Under the pieces are notes generated by a model, which was given only the letters and a program-made list of their open reading frames with translations, had not been told where the DNA came from and ran no database searches. From the NCBI GenBank assembly GCA_900617105.1, contig UYFQ01000057.1, forward strand, positions 62,001-126,000: a DNA stretch of 64,000 nucleotides, given 5' to 3'. The position numbers and the translations under genes were made by a program. The DNA comes from Hydrurus foetidus. Its lineage: Eukaryota. Of this stretch, positions 1 to 9,965 are shown in pieces (the first letter of the stretch is position 1; each line of letters opens with the position of its first letter).

Positions 1-2534
1 CAGGTAAAAGCCCACAGCAGTTTTTTCCTGGGTCAGGCACTCTTTCACGCCCCAGGGCATGGTCTCTACCAAGGCTGGTTCCTGGGTGCTCGGCGGCAAC
101 GATGGTCGTGCGCTGCGCTGCGCCCAAGTCAATCCAGAGCCATGCGCGGTGATGTGGCGTTCGCCAACGCTGGCCTGCAGCAAAGTCAAACGTCGCGCTC
201 CAGCCGTGGCACGCCACCAGCAAGCGGCGCGGTGCGACTTGTTGAAGCCATAGCCCGCGAACTTCTCCATCAAGTCGAAAATCTCGTCAGCCTTGGCCTC
301 GTTGATGTCGTTCTTGGCTGCGCCCACGCGGAAGATGGCGCGGTGCTCGGCCATCTCTTCGGCCTTCTTCTTGCCCATGGCGCGGCGCAGCATGTCGGCA
401 CCGCCCAGCGAGTAGCCGCCCAGGATCTGCGCGGTCTGCATCACCTGCTCCTGGTAGACCATGATGCCGTAGGTCTCCGACAGCATCTCGGCCACCAGCG
501 GGTGCGGGTACTCAATCACCTCTTTGCCGTGCTTGCGTGCCACAAAGCTGGGGATCAGGTCCATGGGGCCCGGGCGGTACAGCGCGTTCAGCGCAATCAG
601 GTCTTCCAGGCGTGTTGGCTTGGCGTCGCGCAGCATGCCCTGCATGCCGCGGCTTTCAAACTGGAACACGGCTTCGGTCTTACCGTCTGAAAACAGCTTG
701 TAGGTAGGCGTGTCGTCGAGCGGGATGTTCTCGAACGCAAAATTCTCCTGCCCGCGTGGCGGGCGCGGATAAACTCACGCGCGATTTCCAGAATCGTCAA
801 CGTGGCCAGGCCCAAGAAGTCGAACTTCACCAGGCCAATGGCTTCCACGTCGTCCTTGTCGTACTGACTGACGGCTGACTCGCTGCCGGGCTGCTGGTAC
901 AGCGGGCAAAAGTCGGTCAGCTTGCCCGGCGCAATCAGCACGCCCCCGGCGTGCATGCCGATGTTGCGGGTCATGCCTTCGAGCTTGCGGGCCATTTCCA
1001 GCAGGGTCTTAACGTCTTCTTCCTTGGCTTCGCGCTCCGCCAGGAGGGGCTCGGCCTCGCTGGCGTAGATGTACTTGTCGTTCTTCTTGCCGTCGGTGGG
1101 CGGTAGTTGCAATGTGACGTTGGTGCCGGGCTTGTTGGGGATGAGCTTGCTGATGCCATCGCAAAACATATAGGGCATGTCCAGCACCCGGCCCACATCG
1201 CGGATCACCCCGCGCGCCGCCATGGTGCCAAAGGTGGCAATCTGGCTCACGGCATCCTTGCCGTACTTGGCTTTCACATAGTCAATCACCAGGTTGCGGT
1301 TGGTCTGGCAAAAGTCGATGTCGAAGTCGGGCATGGACACCCGCTCGGGGTTCAGGAAGCGCTCGAACAGCAGGTTGTATTGCAGCGGGTCCAGGTCGGT
1401 GATCTTCAGCGAATACGCCACCAGCGAACCCGCACCCGAGCCCCGGCCTGGCCCCACCGGGCAGCCGTTGTTCTTGGCCCAGTTGATGAAGTCCCCCACG
1501 ATCAGAAAGTAACCGGGGAAACCCATCTTCAGGATGGTGCCAATCTCAAACTCCAGACGCGCCACATAGCGCGGCATCTCGGCCTCGCGCTTGGCTGCAT
1601 CGGGGTACAGGTGCGCCATGCGGTCCTTGAGCCCCTCAAACGAGGCATAGCGGAAGTACGCTTCCGGCGTCATGCGCTCGCCATTGACCAGGGGCGTCGG
1701 AAACTCCGGCAGGTAGTTTTTGCCCAGCACCAGCGTCAGGCTGCAGCGCTTGGCAATCTCCCGCGTGTTGGCAATGGCCGAGGGGATGTCGGCAAACAGC
1801 GCTTCCATCTGCGCCGCGCTCTTGTAGTACTGCTCGCGCGTGAAGCGGCGCACCCGCTTGGGGTTGCTCAGAATCTCGCCATCGGCAATGCAGACGCGCG
1901 CCTCATGCGCCTCAAAGTCATCGGGCTCGGTGAACTGGATGGGGTGTGTGGCCACCACAGGCAGCATCATGCGGGCGGCCAGTTGCACCGTGGCCACCAC
2001 ATGGGTTTCGTCATCGGTGCGGCCGGCGCGCTGCAGTTCCAGATAGAAGCGGTGCGGGAATGTGCTGGCCAGTTGCATGGCGGCTTCGTAGGCACGGTCG
2101 GTGTCGCCCTGCACCAGCGCCTGGCCCACCGGTCCCGCCTGCGCGCCGGCCAGGCAGATTAGCCCTTCATGCAACTCCTTGAGCCAGGCCATCTTCACCA
2201 CGGCCTGGTTCTTCACCACGTTTTGCGTGAAGGCGCGCGCAATCAACTCGGAGATGTTCAGGTAGCCCTGCTTGTTTTGCACCAACAAAATAATGCGGGA
2301 CACGGCGGCGGGGTCCGTCCCCAAGCCTTCCATGATGATTTCGGTCCCGATCAACGGCTTCACGCCCTTGCCACGCGTGGCCTTGTAGAACTTGATTGCG
2401 CCGAACAGGTTGTTCAGGTCGGTAATGGCCAGGGCTGGCTGGTTGTCCTTGGCGGCCACCTTGACCACATCGTCGATGCGGTTGGTGGAATCGACGACAG
2501 AAAACTCGGTGTGAAGGCGCAGGTGGATAAACAT
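1..2534 (-). CDS. dnaE: DNA polymerase III alpha subunit; frameshifted near 750, apparent internal deletion/noisy stretch at ~92-231, runs off the window edge
   Basis: PHP start FIHLRLHTEFS, GPGRGSGAGSLVAY, SMPDFDIDF, KFDFLGL. The shifted frame continues with VFQFES..LNALYRPGPM..GYGFNKSH and later EKTAVGFYL. Confidence 0.93.
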
Positions 2535-2653
2535 GGCTTCATTGTAGTTTTGGCGACCCGCCCCTCGGGGGTGGAAGCCCCCATTGCACCCATAATGCGG
2601 AACAAGAGACCTCAAATAAATGCGGACCCGCGCCGCTGTTTTCTGTTAACGGA

Positions 2654-3079
2654 GTGATGTGTATGGCCTCCCCCCTGTTCAGGCCCCATGGATCCGCCCA
2701 AGTGGAACTGGCTGGTGCCATCCTGACCGTCCACATGCGCGGCGACTGGAATGCGGAAATGCGCAACCAGACGGCCCAGGCCATGATGGAACATGTGCCC
2801 GCGCTGAATGCCACCGGCCCCTGGACCATCATCCATTACCTGCACGACACACTGGTCTACAGCGAAGAGATTTACACCAGCACCCGCCAGGCCTATGCCT
2901 CGCGTCCCCCGAGCTCCGAGTTGGCAGCCATTGCCTTTGTGGTGGGGCCAGAAGTGGAAGGCGCCACCCTGATGCGCCCTAAGCTGGACACCTTGCTGGA
3001 CGGCATCGTCACGTCGCGCGTATTTACGAACCCGGACGAGGCCCGAGCGTGGCTGCTGACGCAATTGCCAACTACCTGA
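2654..3079 (+). CDS. hypothetical protein (STAS/SEC14-like fold possible)
   Basis: 141-aa ORF ending in the F..PDEARAWL motif typical of SpoIIAA-like small proteins. Confidence 0.55.
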   Translation: MMCMASPLFRPHGSAQVELAGAILTVHMRGDWNAEMRNQTAQAMMEHVPALNATGPWTIIHYLHDTLVYSEEIYTSTRQAYASRPPSSELAAIAFVVGPEVEGATLMRPKLDTLLDGIVTSRVFTNPDEARAWLLTQLPTT

Positions 3080-3125
3080 ACCCAGCGCTACACGGCCCGC
3101 GGGCCGACAAACTTAAAATCAGGGC

Positions 3126-3887
3126 GTGAACACCATCCTGAACATCTCCTCTTACAAGTTTGTCTCCATCACCGATGCGCCCGCATTGCGTGAGGTGCTG
3201 TTGGCGCGGGCCACGGCGCTGAACCTCAAAGGCACCATCCTGCTGGCCGAAGAAGGCATCAATCTATTTCTGGCAGGCCCAGCCGACGATGTGCGCGGCT
3301 TTGTGGCCCAGCTGCACACCGACACGCGCTTTGCCGACATCGTGCCCAAAGAGAGCTGGTCGGACACGCAACCGTTCAAGAAGATGCTGGTCAAGGTCAA
3401 GGGCGAGATCATCCGCATGAACCACCCGGCCATCCAGCCCGCGCAGGGCCGCGCGCCTGCGGTAGCGCCCGCCACGGTGCAGCGCTGGCTGGACCAGGGC
3501 CATGACGACAACGGCCGCCCGGTGGTGACGCTGGACACGCGCAACGACTTTGAGGTGGACGAAGGCACGTTCGAGGGCGCCATCGATTGGCGCATCACCA
3601 AGTTCACCGAATTCCCCGACGCTCTGCGCAGCCACCTGGACGACTTGAAAGACAAGACCGTGGTGAGCTTTTGCACCGGCGGCATCCGCTGCGAAAAGGC
3701 CGCCATCCTGATGCGCGAAGAAGGACTGGAACATGTCTACCAGCTCGAAGGCGGCATCCTCAAATACTTTGAGGAAACCGATGGCAGCCACTACCACGGT
3801 GGCTGCTTTGTGTTTGACGAGCGGCGCGCGCTGGGTGCGGATCTGGCGACGGTACCCCTGCGTACCACTCAGGCCGAGACGCCCTGA
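3126..3887 (+). CDS. rhodanese-domain protein (TrhO/YceA-like)
   Basis: LKGTILLAEEGIN, LDTRNDFE, FCTGGIRCEKA, YQLEGGILKY motifs. Confidence 0.88.
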   Translation: MNTILNISSYKFVSITDAPALREVLLARATALNLKGTILLAEEGINLFLAGPADDVRGFVAQLHTDTRFADIVPKESWSDTQPFKKMLVKVKGEIIRMNHPAIQPAQGRAPAVAPATVQRWLDQGHDDNGRPVVTLDTRNDFEVDEGTFEGAIDWRITKFTEFPDALRSHLDDLKDKTVVSFCTGGIRCEKAAILMREEGLEHVYQLEGGILKYFEETDGSHYHGGCFVFDERRALGADLATVPLRTTQAETP

Positions 3888-3920
3888 GCCTCCAATCTAC
3901 AGCCTCGACGGGCCAATAGA

Positions 3921-3975
3921 AGCTACTTAATTGATAGCAGCCTTCGCATATTCTGCAAGGGCTGGGAGTACTTTT
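3921..3975 (+). repeat. dispersed ~55-bp repeat, copy A (intergenic)
   Basis: AGCTActtaattgatAGCAGCcttCGCAtattctgcaaGGGCT; same spacing as five other copies. Confidence 0.65.
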
Positions 3976-4141
3976 CTTACCCGGACAATTAGATCGTCTG
4001 AGCCAACTCCTGATTCAAGAAAGTTACCAATTTGGTCAAATAATTACCGTTTAGTTCATATGGTTACTGTTCGGTATTTTATATTCAGGGCTCGCCACAT
4101 CTTTGGCGAATTCAACCCACTTCAACGTGACGGAGATTTCT

Positions 4142-4597
4142 ATGAAAAAGGTTCTCATTGCATCGGTATTGGCTTTGGGTGTCGCATTCTCGGCACAGGC
4201 AAAGGACATTGTGGATACCGCTGTGGCAGCGGGCAGCTTCAAAACACTGGCAGCAGCGCTGGGTCAAGCCGGCTTGGTCGAGACGCTCAAAGGCAAGGGC
4301 CCGTTCACCGTATTTGCACCCACCGATGAGGCATTTGCAAAAATACCAAAAGCGGATCTGGATGCCCTGCTCAAAGACAAAGCCAAGCTCACCGCTGTGC
4401 TGACCTACCACGTAGTCCCCGGCAAAGTGATGGCGTCGGATGTACGCGCTGGCAAGTTGAAGACCGTACAAGGATCTGAGCTGACAGTGGCCACCGCCGG
4501 TGGTGTAACGGTAGACAACGCCAAAGTCGTCAAGACCGACATCGTTGCAGACAACGGTGTCATCCATGTCATCGATAGCGTGATCATTCCCAAGTAA
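4142..4597 (+). CDS. fasciclin (FAS1) domain secreted protein
   Basis: signal peptide; [13 protein letters not shown] and [10 protein letters not shown] motifs. Confidence 0.93.
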   Translation: MKKVLIASVLALGVAFSAQAKDIVDTAVAAGSFKTLAAALGQAGLVETLKGKGPFTVFAPTDEAFAKIPKADLDALLKDKAKLTAVLTYHVVPGKVMASDVRAGKLKTVQGSELTVATAGGVTVDNAKVVKTDIVADNGVIHVIDSVIIPK

Positions 4598-4620
4598 GCC
4601 TGGCCCAGTGCCGACAGATT

Positions 4621-4653
4621 GCCCAGGATTGCCAACCAGTCTTGGGCTTTTTT
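4621..4653 (+). terminator. intrinsic terminator
   Basis: GCCCAGGATTG/CAGTCTTGGGC stem (with G-U pairs) followed by a T run, just after the fasciclin stop. Confidence 0.7.
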
Positions 4654-4680
4654 TCAACCCCTTCGTGCCTGGAGACAGAC

Positions 4681-5283
4681 TTGCAAACAAAACAACCATT
4701 TCTCCAACAGACCATCACTGCGGCAGCCGTGACTTGCTTGCTGGCTTTGGGCGGAATGCCGGGCGCCCTGGCACAAACTTCGGCGCCTTCGGCGGCAGAG
4801 GCGGCAATCAATTTGCCGAATGAGCTGACTCCCTACGGAAACACGTGGCAACCGAAGGGCACCGGTGCGCTTCGCTTCTTTGGATTCAAGGCCTATGACG
4901 CCACCTTGTGGTTGCCCAATGCAGAGGCGGGATTCAGCTTCACGCGCCCGTTTGCACTGGAAATTCGCTACGCAACCACGGTCAAGGGGAGGGACATCAC
5001 CAACACCTCATTGATCGAATTGCAGCGCATCAGCACGTCATCACCAGAGCAAATCACGGCATGGGCAGCCCTGATGGAAGGCATCTTCGTGGACGTCAAG
5101 GCCGGTGATCGGCTCCTTGGTGTCCATTTGCCTCGTGAGGGGGTGCGCTTCTTCCAGAATGGCAAGTTGCTGGGCGATTCCAGCGATGTGGCTTTCAGTG
5201 AAGCCTTCTTCAAGATTTGGTTGGATCCTAAAACGAAGCGTCCAGACTTGCGCAACGCCCTACTGGGGCAAGCCGCACGGTAA
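4681..5283 (+). CDS. chalcone isomerase-like exported protein
   Basis: GTGALRFFGFKAYDATLW, FFKIWLDPKT..PDLR motifs; start uncertain. Confidence 0.75.
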   Translation: MQTKQPFLQQTITAAAVTCLLALGGMPGALAQTSAPSAAEAAINLPNELTPYGNTWQPKGTGALRFFGFKAYDATLWLPNAEAGFSFTRPFALEIRYATTVKGRDITNTSLIELQRISTSSPEQITAWAALMEGIFVDVKAGDRLLGVHLPREGVRFFQNGKLLGDSSDVAFSEAFFKIWLDPKTKRPDLRNALLGQAAR

Positions 5284-5318
5284 TCCTGCTGAGGCAGAAG
5301 CGTTGACAAGGTGGGAGG

Positions 5319-6137
5319 CTAACGCAGCGTTCCCACAGGCTGCGTGGTGAGCTTGGCGCGCTGCATCCAGTCGAACACCGAATCCACCGTCACAGTTTCG
5401 ATACGGTCGGCAAAGCGCTTGGCATTGGGGTGGTCGTCAAACGCCACATTGGCGGTGGTCATGCGCCCGCCCAAGCGCGTCAGCGCACCAATCTTCAGCG
5501 GCGTGGGCTGGTAGTCGCGGGCCTGCAACCAGGTCTGCGCCTGTTCCCGGCCCGCTCGTCCCCCCGCGTCACCTGAGCCCAGCGCCATGGCCAGGGTTTC
5601 AATCGCCCACTGGTTGGATTGCTGGTACCTCTGGCTCCAGGCATAGCTCACCATGCTGTAGGGCTTGTGGTGCAGCGACACCGAGCGGGGCTCGTCCAGC
5701 AGCACCTTCATCAGCTGGGCCTGTACCTCGGGCGTGGGCACGGCCCAGCCTGCTTCGTAGCGCCACAGGTCATCCAAAAAGAATTCGCCCAGCCCCTGGC
5801 GGTAAATGGCAGACACCGCGCTGCCACAAAGGTTGAGCTTGTGCAGCACGCGCCAGACATGGCCGTTGGCACCATCGGGCTGCCGGTAGGCAAAGCCGAA
5901 GTGGGAATAGTGCAGGCCGTATTTGGTCAGGTCCTGGCCCGCACGGGCCAGCAGCACCACATCGGCTCCACTCGCATCCAGTGCAGTGAGCGTGCGCCCG
6001 GCCAGCGCCAGGCCACGCTCCAGCACGGCTGTTTTTAGCGGCTGCTGGGTATCGCAATTGCGCCCGGCCAAAGCCGGCAACGCGGCAGCCAACAGCACCC
6101 AACTCAGTACGGCCCGAGCGGCCCAGCGCGCCCTCAC
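5319..6137 (-). CDS. DUF2145-type exported protein
   Basis: LLARAGQDL..YGLHYSHFG, HKLNLCG, YQQSNQW motifs. Confidence 0.8.
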   Translation of the reverse strand: MRARWAARAVLSWVLLAAALPALAGRNCDTQQPLKTAVLERGLALAGRTLTALDASGADVVLLARAGQDLTKYGLHYSHFGFAYRQPDGANGHVWRVLHKLNLCGSAVSAIYRQGLGEFFLDDLWRYEAGWAVPTPEVQAQLMKVLLDEPRSVSLHHKPYSMVSYAWSQRYQQSNQWAIETLAMALGSGDAGGRAGREQAQTWLQARDYQPTPLKIGALTRLGGRMTTANVAFDDHPNAKRFADRIETVTVDSVFDWMQRAKLTTQPVGTLR

Positions 6138-6592
6138 AGGGCCACGCGCTCGTTGTGCAGCAGCGCACGCCCGAGGGCGTTGGGAATGAAGGCAAGCACC
6201 TCACCCGCGGCCGATAGCACGGTACCAGCACCGACCACACTCACCGTCACAGCCATTCCCACCGCGGCCGACGCGAGGACGGCGCCACCAGACAACACTT
6301 GCACGCTGACTTGGGCCCCGTCCGAGGCGCGCTCCAGTACATACGCCGTGCCCTTGGCGCTTACATCCACCGCCTTGATCACCAGCACCGCACCGGCCGT
6401 GGACAGCATGACCGGCACGGCAACAACTGCACCCGCCACGGCACTGGCGCCCACCACCACCGAGGCCACGGGCATGGCCGAGACCGCGCTGAGTGCCGAC
6501 ACCTCGCTCTGCGCTTTGGCATCAAAACTGGCCATAGCCCCCATGGATATTGCGCAAGCAGCTATCAAAAGTGTAGTAAACGAGCGTTTCAT
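6134..6592 (-). CDS. exported Ala/Val-rich hypothetical protein coupled to the DUF2145 gene
   Basis: signal peptide; GEVLAFIPNALGRALLHNERV C-terminus; stop overlaps the next start. Confidence 0.7.
   Translation of the reverse strand: MKRSFTTLLIAACAISMGAMASFDAKAQSEVSALSAVSAMPVASVVVGASAVAGAVVAVPVMLSTAGAVLVIKAVDVSAKGTAYVLERASDGAQVSVQVLSGGAVLASAAVGMAVTVSVVGAGTVLSAAGEVLAFIPNALGRALLHNERVAL
6524..6578 (-). repeat. dispersed ~55-bp repeat, copy B (in frame, encodes signal peptide core)
   Basis: TACTAcacttttgatAGCTGCttgCGCAatatccatggGGGCTA, translating as TTLLIAACAISMGAM. Confidence 0.75.
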
Positions 6593-6620
6593 GGTGAACT
6601 CCTGAAAGAACAAGTGGCGT

Positions 6621-7100
6621 TTATTCGGTGTCTGCAGCGCTGCGCTGCGTCCGACCCTGGATGCGCCCTTCCATCAGGTCCGCCTCATGGCGGTCACGCA
6701 GGGTTTTGGCCAGGGTGAACGTGCAGGTGATCAAGTACAGCCAGCTCACGCCCAGAAAGGCTTTGTAGGTGTCGTTGAGTTCCATGCGCAGCAGGCCCCA
6801 ACCCGTCAGGCCCATGGCCAGAAAGAAGCCGCCCCACACCACGAAGCCGAACATGGGCGTGTCGCCTTGGCGGTCTTCGCGCATGGTCTTCTCGTTGTCC
6901 CGCACAAACTTGGCCAGCACAAAGGCCGCCGACAGGCAGAAGAAATAGCCCATGACCATGAACACGCGGTCCAGGTCGGCGCCAGGCAGGTAGGCCAGGC
7001 CCACGGCGCACAAAAACACGGCCAGCCCAAACGACACCCAGACCTGCAGGGTCCAGGCTTTGCTGTCACGGTGAATCAAAACTTTGGTGCCAGTTTGCAT
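6621..7100 (-). CDS. YiaA/YiaB family inner-membrane protein
   Basis: two two-helix repeats ending LAKFVRD and LAKTLRD. Confidence 0.85.
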   Translation of the reverse strand: MQTGTKVLIHRDSKAWTLQVWVSFGLAVFLCAVGLAYLPGADLDRVFMVMGYFFCLSAAFVLAKFVRDNEKTMREDRQGDTPMFGFVVWGGFFLAMGLTGWGLLRMELNDTYKAFLGVSWLYLITCTFTLAKTLRDRHEADLMEGRIQGRTQRSAADTE

Positions 7101-7128
7101 AGTGGTTCTCACAAAAAAAACAATACCA

Positions 7129-9033
7129 TCAGACAGCTAACAGCTGGGCGACCCGCTGCTGTAGCAGCGCGGGCTGCACCTCGGTGGGTGCCATTGCGGT
7201 GCCCACATTCAGTCCCACGCGGCTGAACATGCCGCGGCGGAACGGCCGCACCATGGCGCCACCCTTCTCTACCCGACTGAAGTACGAGCCCCAGAGGTTG
7301 GTCAGTGCCATGGGCACCACCTGCACGGGCACGCCAGCGGCCTCGGTGCGCTCCAGAATCTTCATGATGCCGCCCTTGAACTCTTGCAAAGTACCGTCGC
7401 GGGTGATGCCGCCCTCGGGGAAGATGCAGACCATGTCGCCATCGGCCAGCACCTTGGCGGCAGATGCGAATGCAGCTTCGTAGGCCACGGGGTCTTGGGC
7501 GCGCGGCGCAATCGGAATCGCCTTGGCCAGCTTGAACAACCAGCCCAGCACCGGCACCTTGAAGATCTGGTGGTCCATCAGGAAGTAGATAGGCCGCGGG
7601 CTGGCCGCCATCAGCAACACCGCGTCTACAAAGCTCACGTGGTTGCACACCAGAATGGCCGCGCCCTGAGTGGGAATGTTGTCATCGCCCTGGATCTTGA
7701 AGCGGTAGATGAAACGCGAAGCCACCCAAGCCACAAAGCGCAGCAGGTACTCCGGCACCAGCAGGAAGATGTAGGCCGCCACCACGGCATTGGCAATGCC
7801 CGTGGCCAGAAAGACCTGGGGTACGGTGAAGCCCAGGCTCAACATGGCGCCCGCCGCCACCGAACTCACGATCATGAACAGCGCATTCAGGATGTTGTTG
7901 GCCGCGATGATGCGGGCCCTGTGCGAGGCCTGGCTGCGCAGCTGGATCAGCGCATACATGGGCACGCTGTACAGGCCTGCAAACAAGCTCAGCAGCGCCA
8001 AGTCCGCCATCACGCGCCAATGCGCGGCTTGGCCCATGAACTGGCCCACCGATTGCGCGGCGGCGGGTGGCAGGCCACGCGATGCGAAGTACAGGTCGAT
8101 CGAGAACACGCTCATGCCAATAGCACCTGCAGGCACCAGGCCGATTTCCACATGGCGCTTGGAGAGCAACTCACACAGCAGCGAACCAATGGCGATGCCA
8201 ATGGAAAACACCACCAGCAACAACGAGGCCACATGCTCGTCGCCGTGCAATACGTCTTTGGCGAAGACGGGGAAGTTGCTCAGGAACACGGCACCAAAGA
8301 ACCACATCCAGCTGATGCCCAACAGCGAGCGGAATACGACGGTATTGCCATGCGCCAGCTTCAGGTTGCGCAGTGTCTCGCTCACCGGGTTCCAGTTGAT
8401 GCGCAAGCCAGGGTCGGTGGCGGGCGTAGGAGGCACCATCTGCGCCGTCACACGGCCCAGCAGCGCAGCACCGACGCAGGCAATGGCCACATAGGTGGCG
8501 CCCACGCCGGGCAGCGCAATCAACAGCCCGCCTGCCACATTGCCCAGCAGGATGGAGACAAAGGTCCCCGTCTCCACCATGCCGTTGCCGCCCGTCAGCT
8601 CGCGCTCGTTCAGGTGCTGCGGCAGGTAGGCAAATTTGACGGGGCCAAAGAGCGTGGAATGCAGCCCCATCAGGAACACGCAGGCCAGCAGCACCGCGGG
8701 GTTGTTGCCCACAAAGCCGATGCCGGCCAGCAGCATCACGCCAATTTCCAGGTTCTTGACGAAGCGGATCACCACCGTCTTGTCGTACTTGTCGGTGATC
8801 TGCCCGCTGGTGGCAGAGAACAGCAGGAACGGCAGGATAAACAACGCGCCAATGGCCAACCCCGCTTTCTCCGGCGGCAACCAGCTCACTTGCAGCTGGT
8901 AGGTCACCATGACGGTGAAGGCAAACTTGAACAGGTTGTCGTTGCCGGCGCCCAGGAACTGTGTCCAGAAAAATGGCGCAAACCGGCGCTGTGACAGCAG
9001 CGCAAACTGATTCGGGTGCTCGTTGTGACTCAT
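7129..9033 (-). CDS. MFS transporter fused to a lysophospholipid acyltransferase (LplT/Aas-like)
   Basis: RRFAPFFWTQFLGA.NDNLFK MFS N-terminus; NHVSFVD and FPEG acyltransferase motifs. Confidence 0.88.
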   Translation of the reverse strand: MSHNEHPNQFALLSQRRFAPFFWTQFLGAGNDNLFKFAFTVMVTYQLQVSWLPPEKAGLAIGALFILPFLLFSATSGQITDKYDKTVVIRFVKNLEIGVMLLAGIGFVGNNPAVLLACVFLMGLHSTLFGPVKFAYLPQHLNERELTGGNGMVETGTFVSILLGNVAGGLLIALPGVGATYVAIACVGAALLGRVTAQMVPPTPATDPGLRINWNPVSETLRNLKLAHGNTVVFRSLLGISWMWFFGAVFLSNFPVFAKDVLHGDEHVASLLLVVFSIGIAIGSLLCELLSKRHVEIGLVPAGAIGMSVFSIDLYFASRGLPPAAAQSVGQFMGQAAHWRVMADLALLSLFAGLYSVPMYALIQLRSQASHRARIIAANNILNALFMIVSSVAAGAMLSLGFTVPQVFLATGIANAVVAAYIFLLVPEYLLRFVAWVASRFIYRFKIQGDDNIPTQGAAILVCNHVSFVDAVLLMAASPRPIYFLMDHQIFKVPVLGWLFKLAKAIPIAPRAQDPVAYEAAFASAAKVLADGDMVCIFPEGGITRDGTLQEFKGGIMKILERTEAAGVPVQVVPMALTNLWGSYFSRVEKGGAMVRPFRRGMFSRVGLNVGTAMAPTEVQPALLQQRVAQLLAV

Positions 9034-9067
9034 CGGGTCTCCTAGGGTCTGTGGGTCATCTTGCTGT

Positions 9068-9847
9068 TCAAACGGCTTGGGGCTGTGCCACGCCGTTCTT
9101 CTTTTGCGCGCCATTGTGCATGACGCCCAACACTGGCCAGGCGGCCATGGCGGCGGCCACATGCTTCAGGCTGTGGCCCGACACCCAGCCGTGGGTGGCG
9201 GCGAATACTTGGTGGTCGCCCAGCTCCAGCAACTTGGCCAGCGCGTACCAGCCAATCACAGCCATCAACGGCAGACCCCAGCCCTCTGCCAGCTTGGGGC
9301 GCAAGGCCATGGCCAACACCAGCAGCATGCCGCCGCCCTGCAATATGGCCCAGGGCAGCAGGTTGCCATTGCCACACCAGATGGCCACGCTCAGCGGGCC
9401 CGACAGCAACACCGCCATTGCCACGGCCCAGCCCATGCGCGCACTCACCCGGTCGGCCACCGCGGCACCCAGCAAGCCGGCAAACGCCAGCACCATGCCG
9501 GCTCGGTCCATAGCCAGGCTCGCGTTATCGGGCTGCCAGTGGTAGTAGCCCGAGCACACCGCCGTGAACAACAAACCCGCAAAGAACAGCGCCGCCAGAC
9601 GCGTACGGCCATCGCCCTGCACCGTGGCGCGCTTCTGCCACAGACGGCGCAAACCCAGTAGGCCCGCCAGGGCGAACGGCAGGTTGGAGAGCACGTCATG
9701 CGCGTAGGGCAGGCCCAACCAGACACGCTGGTCAGCAAAGTCATGGTAGTGCGCGTACTGGGCTACAGAGGGCCCAAGAATGGCCAAAGCCAGTGCGGCC
9801 AGCATGGTGCCGACCAAGGTAGTTTCGCTGCGTGTCAGTGGGTGCAT
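9068..9847 (-). CDS. alkaline ceramidase-like membrane protein
   Basis: YHDFAD, DVLSNLPF, SGYYHW.PD, SGHSLKH motifs. Confidence 0.75.
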   Translation of the reverse strand: MHPLTRSETTLVGTMLAALALAILGPSVAQYAHYHDFADQRVWLGLPYAHDVLSNLPFALAGLLGLRRLWQKRATVQGDGRTRLAALFFAGLLFTAVCSGYYHWQPDNASLAMDRAGMVLAFAGLLGAAVADRVSARMGWAVAMAVLLSGPLSVAIWCGNGNLLPWAILQGGGMLLVLAMALRPKLAEGWGLPLMAVIGWYALAKLLELGDHQVFAATHGWVSGHSLKHVAAAMAAWPVLGVMHNGAQKKNGVAQPQAV

Positions 9848-9965
9848 GGTGTTGCCCTTCGAGGTGCTTGAAAGAGCCGCAGTGTGCGGACGACTCCATC
9901 CCCATGGCACCCAAAACTGGCCTTGTGTTGCGCAGCGCTACGAAAAGTATCAATAATCGATGCCC

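Noticed and set aside
597..760. Split-intein or programmed frameshift in dnaE
   Set aside because: No intein motifs or slippery run are visible; a single missing C explains the shift.
7384..8994. Long antisense ORFs (also 25242-26624, 27764-29215, 54344-55915, 57132-58595, 62688-63944)
   Set aside because: They are shadows of well-supported genes on the opposite strand, as expected in high-GC DNA, and carry no motifs.
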